A stretch of 64,000 nt of DNA from an uncultured Verrucomicrobiae bacterium (lineage in GTDB: Bacteria > Verrucomicrobiota > Verrucomicrobiia > Chthoniobacterales > UBA10450). The notes under the pieces are model-generated. The model was not told where the DNA came from, ran no database searches, and saw only the letters and a list, made by a program, of their open reading frames with translations. Shown in pieces: positions 41,807-52,875 of the stretch. The stretch covers positions 456,391 through 520,390 of the forward strand of contig CAWKJF010000001.1 of the NCBI GenBank assembly GCA_963850015.1. The letters are read 5' to 3'. Every line of letters starts with the position of its first letter. Within the stretch, counting starts at the first letter, position 1. Both the position numbers and the translations under genes were made by a program.

Positions 41807-44221
41807 TTAATTCTGGGCTAGCGCGACGGTGGGGTCCAGCCGGGCGGCGCGGCGCGCCGGCAAGTAACAGGCAATAAGAGCAACGAAAATCAGGAGGAAC
41901 GGAATTCCGAGGAAGGTCGCGGGATCGGTCGCGGGAACGTCAAACAACAAGCTGGCGATGACTTTTGCCAGACCAAGCGAGCCCGCTAGGCCGACCGCCA
42001 CGCCGATGAGCGTGAGCACCATCCCCTGTCTGATCACGAGACGAAGCACGTCGCCGGTCTGCGCGCCCAACGCCATGCGAATGCCGATCTCTTGAGTGCG
42101 TTGCGTGACCGAATAAGCCATTACGCCGTAAATCCCAACGGCGGCCAGAATCAGCGCGGCGCCGGCGAAAACAGTAAAGAGCAACGTCGAAGCACGGCGC
42201 GTCCCCATCGACTGCGCGACCACGTCTTCCATGGTGCGGACGTTGTAGATCGGCTGGTCCTTGTCGATGCTTAGCACTTCACGGCGCACGGCCGGAGCCA
42301 TCGCGGCCGGATCGCCGGCGGTGCGAATGACCAGCGCCATGAAACCCCAGCCCGCGTCCTGAGCATGCGGCACGTACATCTGCGCGCCCGCATCAATATC
42401 CAAAGAATTTGGCTTGCTGTCGCCGACCACCCCCACGATTTCGCGCGGGAACTTTTCGTCGCGCCAGATTGTCATGCGCTTGCCGAGGGCCGCTTCAGGC
42501 GAACCGAATGATTGCGCCGCCATCGACCTGTTGATCAGAGCAACTTTGGGCGCGTCTTCTGTATCGCGATCGGTGAAGCCCCGGCCGGCGATCAACGGAA
42601 TCTGGAGGGCCTGGAAATATTCCGGGGTGATGGCGGAGAAACTGGCATTCCGTGATTCCTCCGTCGTCATCGGACGGCCCTCCGGAATATAGGCCCGGCC
42701 GATCTGATAGCCGCTGGCCCCGAGCGGAAGATTGACGCCTGCGCCCACAGATTGGACTCCAGGCAATGCTCTTAGCCGTTCGATCAAATCACGGAAAAAT
42801 TGCGCCCGCTGTGGATTCTCCTTGTACTTCGCACCGGGAAGGGAGATGGAAACGGTCAGCACATTCTGCGGATTGAAGCCGGGTTTCACTTCCTGAAGAC
42901 GGAGGAAGCTTTTGATGAGCAAGCCGGCGCCAACCAAAAGCATGAGCGACAGCGCCACTTCGCCGATCAGCAAAACGCTGCGCGCGCTCGTGCGGCGATT
43001 TCCTTCGCCCGTGCGGCCCCCTTGTTTCAACGAACCGCTCACGTCCAACTTGGAAGCTTGCAACGCCGGCACGAGACCAAAGACGAGCCCGGTCAGGCCT
43101 GAGAGGGCGATGGTGAAGGCCAGCACACGGTAGTCCAGATTCACTTCGCCGAAGCGCGGGCTATCCGGTGGGCTCAGCGAGACGAGGAGTTCGGTCAGCC
43201 AGGCGCTCAAGAACAATCCGAGCGCACCACCAATGATCGAAAGCAGCAGACTCTCCGTGAGCATCTGCCGGACGATGCGCGTCCGGCGCGCACCGAGCGC
43301 GGTGCGGATCGCGACTTCTTTTTCGCGTGACGCAGCCCGGGCGAGAAGAAGGTTCGCCACATTGGCGCAGGCAATGAGAAGGACAAGTGCGACTGCGCCC
43401 AGAAGGACGAGCAACGATGGCCGGACATCTCTGACGAGACGCTCCTGAAACAGCGACAGGTTCGCGTCCCAACCGGTATTCGTTTCTGGATACGCTTTTG
43501 CGAGTTGCGCGTTGATTGTGCTGACTTGGGTTTGCGCCTGTTGAAGTGGCACGCCGGGTTTGAGGCGGCCAATCACTGAGAAGGAGCGATTGTCGCGCGG
43601 CTCTTCCTGCGGATCGATCGGCACACTCCACCAGACCTGCGTGCCCTCGGGGAAATCGAAGCCCGGCGGCATCACTCCGACCACGGTTCGCGGAAGGCTG
43701 TTGATCACGACCTGCGTGCCAACAATCTTCGGATCGCCGCCAAAGCGCCGTTTCCACAAGCCATCGCTCAGAATAGCGACGTTCTCCTTTTTGGGCTGGT
43801 CTTCCTCGGGAAGGAACGCTCGGCCAATCGCCGGCTGGACTCCAAGCACGGGAAAAAAACTGCTGCTCACCCCGGCCCGCGGCACCCGCTCCGGTTCGCT
43901 GTTCGGCGCGGAAAAGGTGGCGCTGGCGGTGTAAAAGTGCGCCAGGTGCGAAAAAGCCTCGAGTTTCGACCAGTCGAGGTAATCGGGGAACGAGACATTG
44001 CTGTCGGTAATGCCGCTCGTTGGGTTTCGCCCATCGAAGTAGACGATTTGCTCCGGATTCGGATAGGTGAGCGGCCGGAGGAGAACGCCATTCACCAGGC
44101 TGAAGATGGCGGTGTTCGCGCCGATACCTAGCGCGAGGGCGATGATGGCGACCGCGGTGAAACCTTTGTGCTTTAAAAGCATGCGAAGGCCGTAGCGAAT
44201 GTCCTGAAAGAGAGTGTTCAT
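41807..44221 (-). CDS. Double-FtsX (MacB/ADOP-type) ABC transporter permease, copy 3 of 7
   Basis: The 804-aa ORF is intact ([51 protein letters not shown]...). The stop is 5 nt before the ATPase start. Its start overlaps the amidohydrolase stop by 4 nt. Confidence 0.9.
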   Translation of the reverse strand: MNTLFQDIRYGLRMLLKHKGFTAVAIIALALGIGANTAIFSLVNGVLLRPLTYPNPEQIVYFDGRNPTSGITDSNVSFPDYLDWSKLEAFSHLAHFYTASATFSAPNSEPERVPRAGVSSSFFPVLGVQPAIGRAFLPEEDQPKKENVAILSDGLWKRRFGGDPKIVGTQVVINSLPRTVVGVMPPGFDFPEGTQVWWSVPIDPQEEPRDNRSFSVIGRLKPGVPLQQAQTQVSTINAQLAKAYPETNTGWDANLSLFQERLVRDVRPSLLVLLGAVALVLLIACANVANLLLARAASREKEVAIRTALGARRTRIVRQMLTESLLLSIIGGALGLFLSAWLTELLVSLSPPDSPRFGEVNLDYRVLAFTIALSGLTGLVFGLVPALQASKLDVSGSLKQGGRTGEGNRRTSARSVLLIGEVALSLMLLVGAGLLIKSFLRLQEVKPGFNPQNVLTVSISLPGAKYKENPQRAQFFRDLIERLRALPGVQSVGAGVNLPLGASGYQIGRAYIPEGRPMTTEESRNASFSAITPEYFQALQIPLIAGRGFTDRDTEDAPKVALINRSMAAQSFGSPEAALGKRMTIWRDEKFPREIVGVVGDSKPNSLDIDAGAQMYVPHAQDAGWGFMALVIRTAGDPAAMAPAVRREVLSIDKDQPIYNVRTMEDVVAQSMGTRRASTLLFTVFAGAALILAAVGIYGVMAYSVTQRTQEIGIRMALGAQTGDVLRLVIRQGMVLTLIGVAVGLAGSLGLAKVIASLLFDVPATDPATFLGIPFLLIFVALIACYLPARRAARLDPTVALAQN

Positions 44222-45369
44222 AACGTGCTCCGATCGATTGGTTGGCCGGCCTTCATCACGAAGGTCACTTTTTCCAAGGCTGTCAGGTCGTCTAAAGGGT
44301 TGCCTTCGACGGCTATGATGTCGGCGCGAGTGCCGCTCCTGAGGACACCGATCTCATTGGCGAGGCCAACCGCGGCCGCGGCTTGCGTGGTCGCGGTGCG
44401 AATCGCGTCGATCGGCTTCAATCCAAGCGGCGCGAGCTCCGCGAACTCTTTGGCGTTGTTGCCGTGCCGGATCACTCCGGCGTCTGTTCCAAAAGCGAGC
44501 GGCAGTCCGTCGCGAACGGAGGCAGCCAGATGGGCGCGGAGTTTTTCATACAAACCAGCGTCCACATTCTTCTTCAACGAAAATAGCGTCGGAAGCTGGA
44601 AGACACGCCGCTTCGCCATCTCGGCAACCGTTGCCTTCGAAGTGAAACCGCCGTGCACGATCAGATCGGCCCCGTGCGTGACCGACTCCGCGATCGCGCG
44701 TTCACTGATCGCGTGCACGGCCACGCGGCGTTTGAGCTTGTGCGCTTCATCGATCGCAGCCCGCAATTCCTCCTCCGAAATTTCGCAGGTGTCGGATTTT
44801 TCTGCAGCCTGGGCGAGCCAGCCTGAGGCGCAAACCTTGATGAGATCGGCGCCTTCATCGACGTCTTTCCTGACCCGAGCCCTAAACGCATCCGCGCCTT
44901 TGACGCCGATACCCTGGAAGTCACAGGTGCCACCGCTCACGCCGAGCCAAAGGCCGGAAGCGACCACGTACGGCCCAGGAAATTTTCCGTCCCGAATGGT
45001 GTTTCGGATTTTGATGTTGTCGTACGTGACCGCGCCAAGATCCTGTACGGTCGTGAAACCGGCCTTCAACGTAGCGCGCGCATTTGCTTCACCGGTGCCC
45101 GCGAGCGTCAGATGAACATGGGCGTCAATCATGCCGGGCATAAGAGTCACGTCTCCCAAATCCAACTGCTCGCCCTCGGGCTTTACCTCTCCCTCGCGAC
45201 CGACCGCGGTAATCCTGTCGCCTTTCACAATGACAACGCCGTTCTCGATGATTGCGCCACGGTCCACATCCAGGACGCGGCGAGCGGACAGAGTGCGCGT
45301 TTCATCGGCATAAGCTGACGCGACTGACAGAACGAGAGCGGCGAGCAGAAGATGCCAATGGGTCTTCAT
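44218..45369 (-). CDS. Secreted amidohydrolase-superfamily metallo-hydrolase (imidazolonepropionase / Xaa-Pro dipeptidase-related)
   Basis: The ORF is intact. It has a signal peptide (MKTHWHLLLAALVLSVASAYADE), the metal-binding MIDAHVHL motif, later VAVHA and HG, and a C-terminal GTDAG...IAVEGNPLDDL typical of COG1228-type amidohydrolases. Confidence 0.8.
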   Translation of the reverse strand: MKTHWHLLLAALVLSVASAYADETRTLSARRVLDVDRGAIIENGVVIVKGDRITAVGREGEVKPEGEQLDLGDVTLMPGMIDAHVHLTLAGTGEANARATLKAGFTTVQDLGAVTYDNIKIRNTIRDGKFPGPYVVASGLWLGVSGGTCDFQGIGVKGADAFRARVRKDVDEGADLIKVCASGWLAQAAEKSDTCEISEEELRAAIDEAHKLKRRVAVHAISERAIAESVTHGADLIVHGGFTSKATVAEMAKRRVFQLPTLFSLKKNVDAGLYEKLRAHLAASVRDGLPLAFGTDAGVIRHGNNAKEFAELAPLGLKPIDAIRTATTQAAAAVGLANEIGVLRSGTRADIIAVEGNPLDDLTALEKVTFVMKAGQPIDRSTL

Positions 45370-45376
45370 TGGGAGT

Positions 45377-47812
45377 TCAAGTGCGCGCGAGGGCTTTGAT
45401 GGGATCGAGCCGGGCGGCGCGGCGCGCGGGCAGGTAGCAGGCGAAAAAAGAAACAGCGACGAGCAATAATGGAATTGCGAGGAAGGTCAGCGGATCGGTC
45501 GCTGCTACTCCGAAAAGAAGGTTGGCCAGCAAGCGAGTCAGGGCGAACGCGCCCGCCACGCCGACAACGACGCCGATCACCGTCAGTCTCATTCCTTGCC
45601 GGATCACGAGCGCGAGGACGTCCGACCTCTGGGCGCCGAGCGCCATGCGAATGCCGATTTCCTGGGTGCGTTGCGTGACCGAGTAAGCCATAACTCCGTA
45701 AATCCCGATGGCGGCGAGGAGCAACGCCGCGATGGCGAAGACCGCGAAGAGCTGCATCGAGACGCGCCGCGTGCCTAACGAGTTCGCGACGACATCGTCC
45801 ATCGTCCGGACGTTGTAGATTGGCTGGTCTTTGTCGAGCGCCTGAACTTCCCGCCGCAAAGTGGTTGCGAAGGCGGCCGGATCGCCGGCCGTCCGAATCA
45901 CCAGCCCCATAAAATTCCACTGGGAGTCCTGAGCGTGCGGAACGTAGATTTGCATACCGCCGTCTCCGGTCAGAGAACCGGTCTTCGTGTCCCCGACCAC
46001 CCCGATAATTTCGCGCATGAATTCTTCATCGCTGCGATGTCCTCGAAATGCGGACCAGATACTGAGGCGTTTACCGATCGCGGCTGTGGGCGAACCGAAA
46101 TGACGCTTCGCGGTGGTTTCGTTGATGATTACCACCTTCGGTCCGTCAGCATTGTCGCGAGGTTCGAACGAGCGTCCGGAAAGCAGCGGAATTTGGAGCG
46201 CGCGAAAATAATCGCCCGTGATGGTTGAGAACAGCGCGTCTTTCGCTTCGTCCACCGTGAGCGGCCGGCCTTCCGGAATAAACCCGCGTCCGATCGCATA
46301 ACCACTCGCGTTGAGTGGAAGATTGACGCTGCCTCCCGCCGCTTGCACGCCCGGCACCACTTCCAGCCGTTCTTTCAATTGCCGGAAAAATTCCACGAAC
46401 TGCTGATCTTTGTATTTCGCACCCGGCAACGCCAGGTTGGCGATGAGGACGTTGTGCGCATTGAAGCCGGGCCGAACCTCCTGAAGACGGAGGAAGCTCT
46501 TGATGAGCAATCCAGCGCCCACCAACAGCACGAGCGAGAGGGCGACCTCACCAATCAACAGGAGGCTGCGCACACTGGTGTGACGATGACCTTCGCCGCT
46601 GCGCCCGCCTTCGTTCAAGGCGCTGGTGAGATCGAGCTTAGAAGCCTGGAGCGCCGGGACGATGCCGAAGAGAATGCCGGTAAGCGCTGAGACGCCGAGA
46701 GCGAACGCCAGGACGCGATAATCAATCCCGATCTGTTCGAGCCAAGGTGCGCCTTCGGGCAACATCGACATCAGCAGATCGATTAACCAAATGCTGAGGA
46801 CGAGTCCCGCAATTCCGCCGATCGCCGAGAGTAGAACGCTCTCGGTCAGCATCTGCCGCAGAACACGCGTGCGGCTCGCGCCCATCGCGGCCCGGATCGC
46901 GATTTCCTTTTGCCGCGCGGCGCTGCGGGCGAGGAGGAGATTGGCCACGTTTGCGCAGGCAATCAGGAGCACGAATCCGACGGCGCCAAGGAGCGCAAGG
47001 AGGGACGGTTTTACCTCGCGAACGAGCCGTTCGTGAAGCGTCGAAAGAGACACGTCCCAGCCTTTGTTCGTCTCGCGAAACTGCTGGGCGAGCTGCGCAT
47101 CGATGGCGCTGAGACGATTTTGCGCCTGCTTTAGATCGACACCATTATTCAGACGCGCGATCGCCCACCACACGCGGTTATCGCGTGGTTCGTCCGAGAG
47201 ATTGACCGCGCTCGGCACCCAAACCTGGGTTTGCTCCGGGTATTCAAACCCCGGCGGCATCACGCCGATGATCGTGAGGGGGAGTGAGCTCATCTGGACC
47301 TGTTTCCCGACGATGGCCGGATCCGATCCGAAGCGGCGCTTCCATAAGCCGTAGCTGATGATCGCGACGGTTTGCGGCCACCCTTTGTCGTCTTCGGCAA
47401 CGAACGTTCGCCCGAGAACCGGCTGGATCCCGAGCACGGAGAAGAACCCGGTCGTCACACCGGCGCGCGGCACGCGCTCCGGCTCCGCCCCATCCGCACC
47501 AAAGTTGGCGGTACCGGACCAGTAGGCGGCGGTGCTCGCGAAGAGATCGGTTTGTTGCGACCAATCAGTAAAGTCGAGAAATGAAATGTTGCTCTCGGTA
47601 ATACCCGCCGCAGGATTCTTGCCTTCGATGAAGATGACGCGTTCGGCGTCCGGAAAAGGGAGCGGCCGGAGGAGAGCGCCGTTCACCAAGCTAAAGATCG
47701 CGGTGTTCGCGCCGATTCCGAGAGCGAGCGCGAGCACGGCGATAGCGGTAAAGCTCTTGTTCTTGCGAAGCATGCGCACTCCGTAACGAATATCCTGCAG
47801 GAGCGTATTCAT
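45377..47812 (-). CDS. Double-FtsX (MacB/ADOP-type) ABC transporter permease, copy 4 of 7
   Basis: The 811-aa ORF is intact ([51 protein letters not shown]...). By eye it is the closest paralog of copy 3. Its start overlaps the stop of copy 5 (ATGA at 47809-47812). Confidence 0.9.
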   Translation of the reverse strand: MNTLLQDIRYGVRMLRKNKSFTAIAVLALALGIGANTAIFSLVNGALLRPLPFPDAERVIFIEGKNPAAGITESNISFLDFTDWSQQTDLFASTAAYWSGTANFGADGAEPERVPRAGVTTGFFSVLGIQPVLGRTFVAEDDKGWPQTVAIISYGLWKRRFGSDPAIVGKQVQMSSLPLTIIGVMPPGFEYPEQTQVWVPSAVNLSDEPRDNRVWWAIARLNNGVDLKQAQNRLSAIDAQLAQQFRETNKGWDVSLSTLHERLVREVKPSLLALLGAVGFVLLIACANVANLLLARSAARQKEIAIRAAMGASRTRVLRQMLTESVLLSAIGGIAGLVLSIWLIDLLMSMLPEGAPWLEQIGIDYRVLAFALGVSALTGILFGIVPALQASKLDLTSALNEGGRSGEGHRHTSVRSLLLIGEVALSLVLLVGAGLLIKSFLRLQEVRPGFNAHNVLIANLALPGAKYKDQQFVEFFRQLKERLEVVPGVQAAGGSVNLPLNASGYAIGRGFIPEGRPLTVDEAKDALFSTITGDYFRALQIPLLSGRSFEPRDNADGPKVVIINETTAKRHFGSPTAAIGKRLSIWSAFRGHRSDEEFMREIIGVVGDTKTGSLTGDGGMQIYVPHAQDSQWNFMGLVIRTAGDPAAFATTLRREVQALDKDQPIYNVRTMDDVVANSLGTRRVSMQLFAVFAIAALLLAAIGIYGVMAYSVTQRTQEIGIRMALGAQRSDVLALVIRQGMRLTVIGVVVGVAGAFALTRLLANLLFGVAATDPLTFLAIPLLLVAVSFFACYLPARRAARLDPIKALART

Positions 47813-50244
47813 TGGGACGCGAGGGCTTTGATCGGATCGAGCCGGGCCGCGCGGCGCGCCGGGATGTAACAGGCAAGAAACGCAACGGAGATGAGGAGAA
47901 GCGGAATCCAGACGAAGGTACCTGCGTCGGTCGCGCCAACGCCGAAGAGCAGACTGGCGAGGAGACGCGTGAGAGCGAAGGCGCCCAACAAGCCAACCGC
48001 GATTCCCACCGCGGTGAGGGACAGGCCTTGCCTAACAATCAATTTGAGAACGTCGCGCGCTTGCGCGCCCAGGGCCATACGAATGCCGATCTCGTGGGTG
48101 CGCTGCGAAACAGATTGCGCAATCACGCCGTAAATCCCGATCGCAGCGAGGAGAAGAGCGAGAGCCGCGAAGACGCCGAGGAGGAGCATAGAGAAGCGGC
48201 GGAGCGCGATGGAATCGGAAACCAGCTGCTCCATCGTCTCGATGTTGAAAACGGCCTGGTCCTTATCGAGGGAGAGAATCTCGCGGCGGATCGACGCGAT
48301 CATGCTCGATGGCTCGAGCGCGCTCCGCACCACCAGGGTTAGCGCGGAAGTGGGAAATTGCGCGAGTGTTTCATACATCGCCATGGGGCCGGCGGTATCG
48401 AGCCCGTATTGCTTTACGTCGCGAACGACGCCGACCACCGTCCGCCAGGGCCGTCGTTCCGTGGGATCGGAGTTGTAAAACCGAACACGCTTTCCGATCG
48501 GATCGGTGCCCGGCCAGAGTTTGCGCGCCATGGTTTCGCTCACCAGCACCGCAAGCGGCGCGTTCTCGTTGTCCTGCGCGATCAGCGCCCGTCCCTGAAG
48601 CAACGGGATCGACATCGCGCGGAGGTAATCCGGCGACACCATGTAGTTATCGATGTCGGGGTTTTCGCCCGGGCCTTTCGACTGGCCTTCCACTTCGATG
48701 GTGCGCTTATCGAAATTTGCGCTGACCGGAAGAACGCTCGTCAGGCCGGCAGCTTCGACGCCGGGGATCGTTTTAATTCGCTCCAGCATGCGGTCGTAGA
48801 AGGAATTCCAATCCGGCGCCTTCGGGTATTTCGCACCCGGCAGCCAGACGTTCATCGTGACGATGCGATCGGGCTTGAAACCGGGGTCGACGTCGCGCAG
48901 ACGCATTACACTCTTAATCAAAAGGCCCGCGCAAATCAGTAGCACGAGCGCCAGCGCGACTTCGGTAATGACGAGCGCGCTTCGCAGCGGACTCCGCGTC
49001 GAAGCCGCGCCGGATTGGCGACCGCCGTCGGACAACGTTTCGTTCAGATTGGGCCGCGACGCCCGCCAGGCGGGAATGATCCCGAAGATCACCCCGGACA
49101 ACACGGACATCGCCGCCGTGAACGCGAGCACGGTCGTGTCGATTTCAATGTGGCCCAGCATCGGCAACAGCTTCGCCGTCGATGCCTCGATGAGAGTGGT
49201 GCCCCAAAGGGCTGCGAGAATGCCGAGGGCGCCGCCGGCCAGTGAGAGCAGCAAACTTTCGGTCAGGAATTGCCGGACGAGCCGGTCCCGTCCTGCGCCG
49301 AGCGCCGCGCGAATCGCGATCTCCTTGTGGCGGGCGGTGGAACGCGAAAGGAGAAGATTGCCGACGTTGGCGCAGGCGATAAAGAGAACGAAAGCAACCG
49401 CGCCGAAAAGCATGAGCAGCGCTGGCCGCAACCGGCCAACCAAATCTTCCCGCAACGTCACAAGATGAACGCCGCTGCTCGAGTTGTCGTTTGGATGTTC
49501 CTGGGCAAGTTGCCCGGCGATCAGATTCATCTCGGTCTGCGCCTGCTCGAGAGCAACGCCCGGCTTGAGTCTCGCGATCGCGCGAAGGTGCCGGCTGCTG
49601 CGATCTTTCTCGTTAGGCGGTTCTGCGACCGGCCGGTAAAATTCGGCGGGCGCGCCCAGCAAACCCGTAGGCAAAGATTGAAAGGTCGCCGGCATCACGC
49701 CAATGACGGCGTAAGCGCGCCCACTCAGCTGGATAGTTTTGCCGACAATGTTGGGATCCCCAGCGAAACGCCGCTGCCATAAACCGTATCCGAGAACCAC
49801 GACGAGATCCTTGCCTTCCATCTGTTCGTCTGCAGTAAAAACACGACCAAGCAACGGCTGCGCGTGCATGACGGTGAAAAAGCCGTCGCCTACCTGCGCC
49901 CCTGGAACGCGCTCCGGTTCGCCATTGCCGGAGAAGATCGGGCGGAAATCTGCGTAGGTGCTAATCTCTTCGAAGGCGTGATTACGCGCGCGATAGTCAG
50001 CGACATCGGTGGCGGACATCTGGCCGCGGGTCCCGCCGGCAGCTTTGTCCTCCCCCCAGACCAGGACGATCGATTGCGGCTCGTGGTAAGGCAGCGCCTT
50101 GAGCAACACCGCGTTGATCACACTGAACACCGCCGTGTTCGCGCCGATCCCGAGCGCGAGAGAAATGATCGCGACCGCCGTAAAGCCCGGGCTTTTGAAG
50201 AGCATTCGGACGCCGAACCGGAGATCTTGGAGCAAGGTGTCCAT
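47809..50244 (-). CDS. Double-FtsX (MacB/ADOP-type) ABC transporter permease, copy 5 of 7
   Basis: The 811-aa ORF is intact: [53 protein letters not shown]...[32 protein letters not shown]...[24 protein letters not shown]. Confidence 0.9.
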   Translation of the reverse strand: MDTLLQDLRFGVRMLFKSPGFTAVAIISLALGIGANTAVFSVINAVLLKALPYHEPQSIVLVWGEDKAAGGTRGQMSATDVADYRARNHAFEEISTYADFRPIFSGNGEPERVPGAQVGDGFFTVMHAQPLLGRVFTADEQMEGKDLVVVLGYGLWQRRFAGDPNIVGKTIQLSGRAYAVIGVMPATFQSLPTGLLGAPAEFYRPVAEPPNEKDRSSRHLRAIARLKPGVALEQAQTEMNLIAGQLAQEHPNDNSSSGVHLVTLREDLVGRLRPALLMLFGAVAFVLFIACANVGNLLLSRSTARHKEIAIRAALGAGRDRLVRQFLTESLLLSLAGGALGILAALWGTTLIEASTAKLLPMLGHIEIDTTVLAFTAAMSVLSGVIFGIIPAWRASRPNLNETLSDGGRQSGAASTRSPLRSALVITEVALALVLLICAGLLIKSVMRLRDVDPGFKPDRIVTMNVWLPGAKYPKAPDWNSFYDRMLERIKTIPGVEAAGLTSVLPVSANFDKRTIEVEGQSKGPGENPDIDNYMVSPDYLRAMSIPLLQGRALIAQDNENAPLAVLVSETMARKLWPGTDPIGKRVRFYNSDPTERRPWRTVVGVVRDVKQYGLDTAGPMAMYETLAQFPTSALTLVVRSALEPSSMIASIRREILSLDKDQAVFNIETMEQLVSDSIALRRFSMLLLGVFAALALLLAAIGIYGVIAQSVSQRTHEIGIRMALGAQARDVLKLIVRQGLSLTAVGIAVGLLGAFALTRLLASLLFGVGATDAGTFVWIPLLLISVAFLACYIPARRAARLDPIKALASQ

Positions 50245-50301
50245 GGCGAAGGTCAGGCCGGCTCGGAGGGAGAGAAAAGCTGCGGCAGGCTCGCTATCGT
50301 C

Positions 50302-52769
50302 TTATCCATGCCCGAGCGCGATCATAGGGTCGGCCCGCGTCGCGCGAACGGCGGGGATATAACTGGCCAGCAACGAGACAACGATGAGTGCGACCGTGAC
50401 GCTGAGGAATGTCATCAAGTCGAACGCGCCGACGTTGAAGAGAAGGGCTCGAAGGGCGCGACTGCTCACGACCCCCAGGATGCAGACCAATGGCGGTGCC
50501 CATGAGAACAAGCTTCGCGGCGCGGCCGATAACGAGCCGCAGGACATCCGCGCGTTGCGCGCCCAGCGCCATGCGGACGCCGATCTCGTGCGTCCGTTGC
50601 ACGACCAGGAACGACATCACGCCGTAGATCCCGACTGAAGCGAGCACGAGCGCGACCGCGGCAAAGACGCCGATCAACACGACCGAAAGCCTGCGCGGCG
50701 CGATCGAGTCGGCGGCGACTTGTTCGAGCGTCCGCACATTCGCCGCGGGGAGATCGGGATCGAGCCGGCTGATTTCGCGGCGGATCGCGGAGGTCAGCGA
50801 GCGCGGGTCTTGCGCGCTCCGCACCGCCAGGATCATGCCGCGATAGGGACTCTGGTTGTGCGGCCAGGTAATACTCGGGTTTCGGATCGAGATCGAGCCC
50901 GCGATGCCGCATGTCGCCGACCAGGCCGACGATCGTGATGCCATTTCACATCCGGTTTGCGCGGATCGCCGAAGGTGATGCGCTTGCCGACCACCTCCTG
51001 ATTCGGAAACCATTTCTTCGCGAAGGAATTGTTGACGATGATGACGCCCGGGCCGTCGAACTGATCGCCATCATTAAAGAACCGGCCTTGCTGAAGCGGC
51101 ACCTTGAGGACCGAGAAATACTCGGGCGTGACGTCGCGGATTTCTTCGTCGGGATAAATTTTCTCCACCGTTGGATCGCGGCCTTCGATGGCGAAAGAGC
51201 TGTCGCTGTTAGTCCCGCTCAACGGCAGGATGGTGGTGAACGCAGCCGTTTCGACTCCCGGCAGCGCCTTCACGCGGCGGGTGGCTTCCGCGTAAAAATC
51301 GGCCACCGGTTTGCCGCGGGGATATTTCAGCACCGGCAAGGCAACTTCCATCGTTAGAACGTTCTTCGGTTCGAAACCGGGATGGACATTTTGCAGCCGG
51401 ACAAAGCTTTTCATCAACAGGCTCGCGCCGACCAGCAGGACCAGCGCGAGCGCCACTTCGGCAATGACCAGCGCGTTGCGAAGCCGATTACGGCGGAGGC
51501 CGGTGGTGGAACCGCGTCCACCTTCCTTGAGCGCCTCGGTCAGTTCCGGCTTGCCCGTCGCGAGCGCAGGAATGAGGCCAATAACGATTCCTGTCACGAC
51601 CGCCGTGCCCAGCGTGACGAGCAGGACGCGCAGATCGAGATTAACTTCCGCGAGGCGCGGCACGGTTTGCGCGCCGATCGATCTCAGCAAGTCCAGACCC
51701 CAAATCGCGAGCAATCACGCCCGCCGACCCGCCGATCAGCGCCAGCAAAATACTTTCCGCCAGCATCTGCCGCACGAGCTGCATGCGGCCGGCGCCGAGG
51801 GCGAGGCGAATGGCGAACTCGCGTTCCCGTGCTCCGGCGCGCGCGAGCAACATGGTGGTGAGATTCGCGCAGGCGATCAGGAGCACCATCGCCACCGCGC
51901 CGAGCAGGATCATCAAAGCCGGCCGCATCCCGCCAATGACCAGATCGTGCATTGGATAGAGGGTGGCGCCGAATTTCGTCGGCAGGCTCGTAGTTATCCG
52001 GAAAGAGCGGGTGCCAGTTGGCGACGATCGTGTCCGCCTCGGCCTGCGCTTGCGCGATCGTGACGCCGGGCTTCAACCGGCCAATGATGCCGTAGCTGCG
52101 CGATCCGCGCGATTCCAGCTCCTGACTTGGTGAAGGCGATCGGTTTCCAGATGTCGGCCCGTTCCGCGAAAGTGCCGCCTTGCACGCCGAAAAGCGGGAG
52201 CGGGAATTCGAAATTCGCCGGCATGATTCCGACGACGGTGAAGTTGCGTACCGTTGACCGAGAGCTGCGTGCCGACGAGTCCGCGGATCGGAATTGAACC
52301 GCCGCCGCCAGAGCCGCTCGCTGATAACGACCACGCCGTCATTGCCTTCGCCAAATTCGCTCTCGTTAAAAACGCGGCCCTTGATTGGCTGCACGCCGAG
52401 GAGCGGGAACAAACTCGGCGTGACGACCGCGCCCTGGATCCGCTCGGGCATATCGCCGCCGGTCAGGTTGAAATTGGCGAAATTGAACGCCGCGATGACG
52501 CTCGTAGCTGCGCGTCTGTTTTTCCCAATCGAGATATTCCGGCGCGGAAACAGGAATCTGGTCGAGACCCTGTCGCGGAGAATTTTTCGAACAGGAGGAC
52601 CAGGCTCTGCGGGCGCCTTGAACGGCAACGGGCGGATCAAGAGCGCATTGACCAGGCTGAAAACGGACGTGTTCGCGGCGATCGCCAGCGCGACGGTGAT
52701 GGCGGCGACAATGGTGAAGCCGGGCGTCTTTACCAGGTTACGAAAAGCTAAACGGAATTCTCGGATCAT
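50302..52769 (-). pseudogene. Double-FtsX (MacB/ADOP-type) ABC transporter permease, copy 6 of 7, about seven frame breaks
   Basis: The fragments are 51684..52769 (MIREFRLAFRNLVKTPGFTIVAAITVALAIAANTSVFSLVNALLIRPLPF), 51994..52224, 51641..51952 ([33 protein letters not shown]), 50833..51714, 50294..51013 ([21 protein letters not shown]) and 50302..50547 ([21 protein letters not shown]). Joined, they give a full-length paralog. Confidence 0.85.
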
Positions 52770-52875
52770 AGGGTGGGTGAATGGCGACGCGCGAATGATG
52801 AATGGGATGGGTCGTTGCGAATTTCGGACTTCGTCATTCCTTCGGCATTCGTCATTCGTGCTCCGTCATTTTGCC

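Noticed and set aside
43547-43563. Second sigma-54 promoter candidate (TGGCACGCCGGGTTTGA)
   Set aside because: It is on the plus strand inside a minus-strand permease gene, and the -12 TTGC element is absent at the required spacing.
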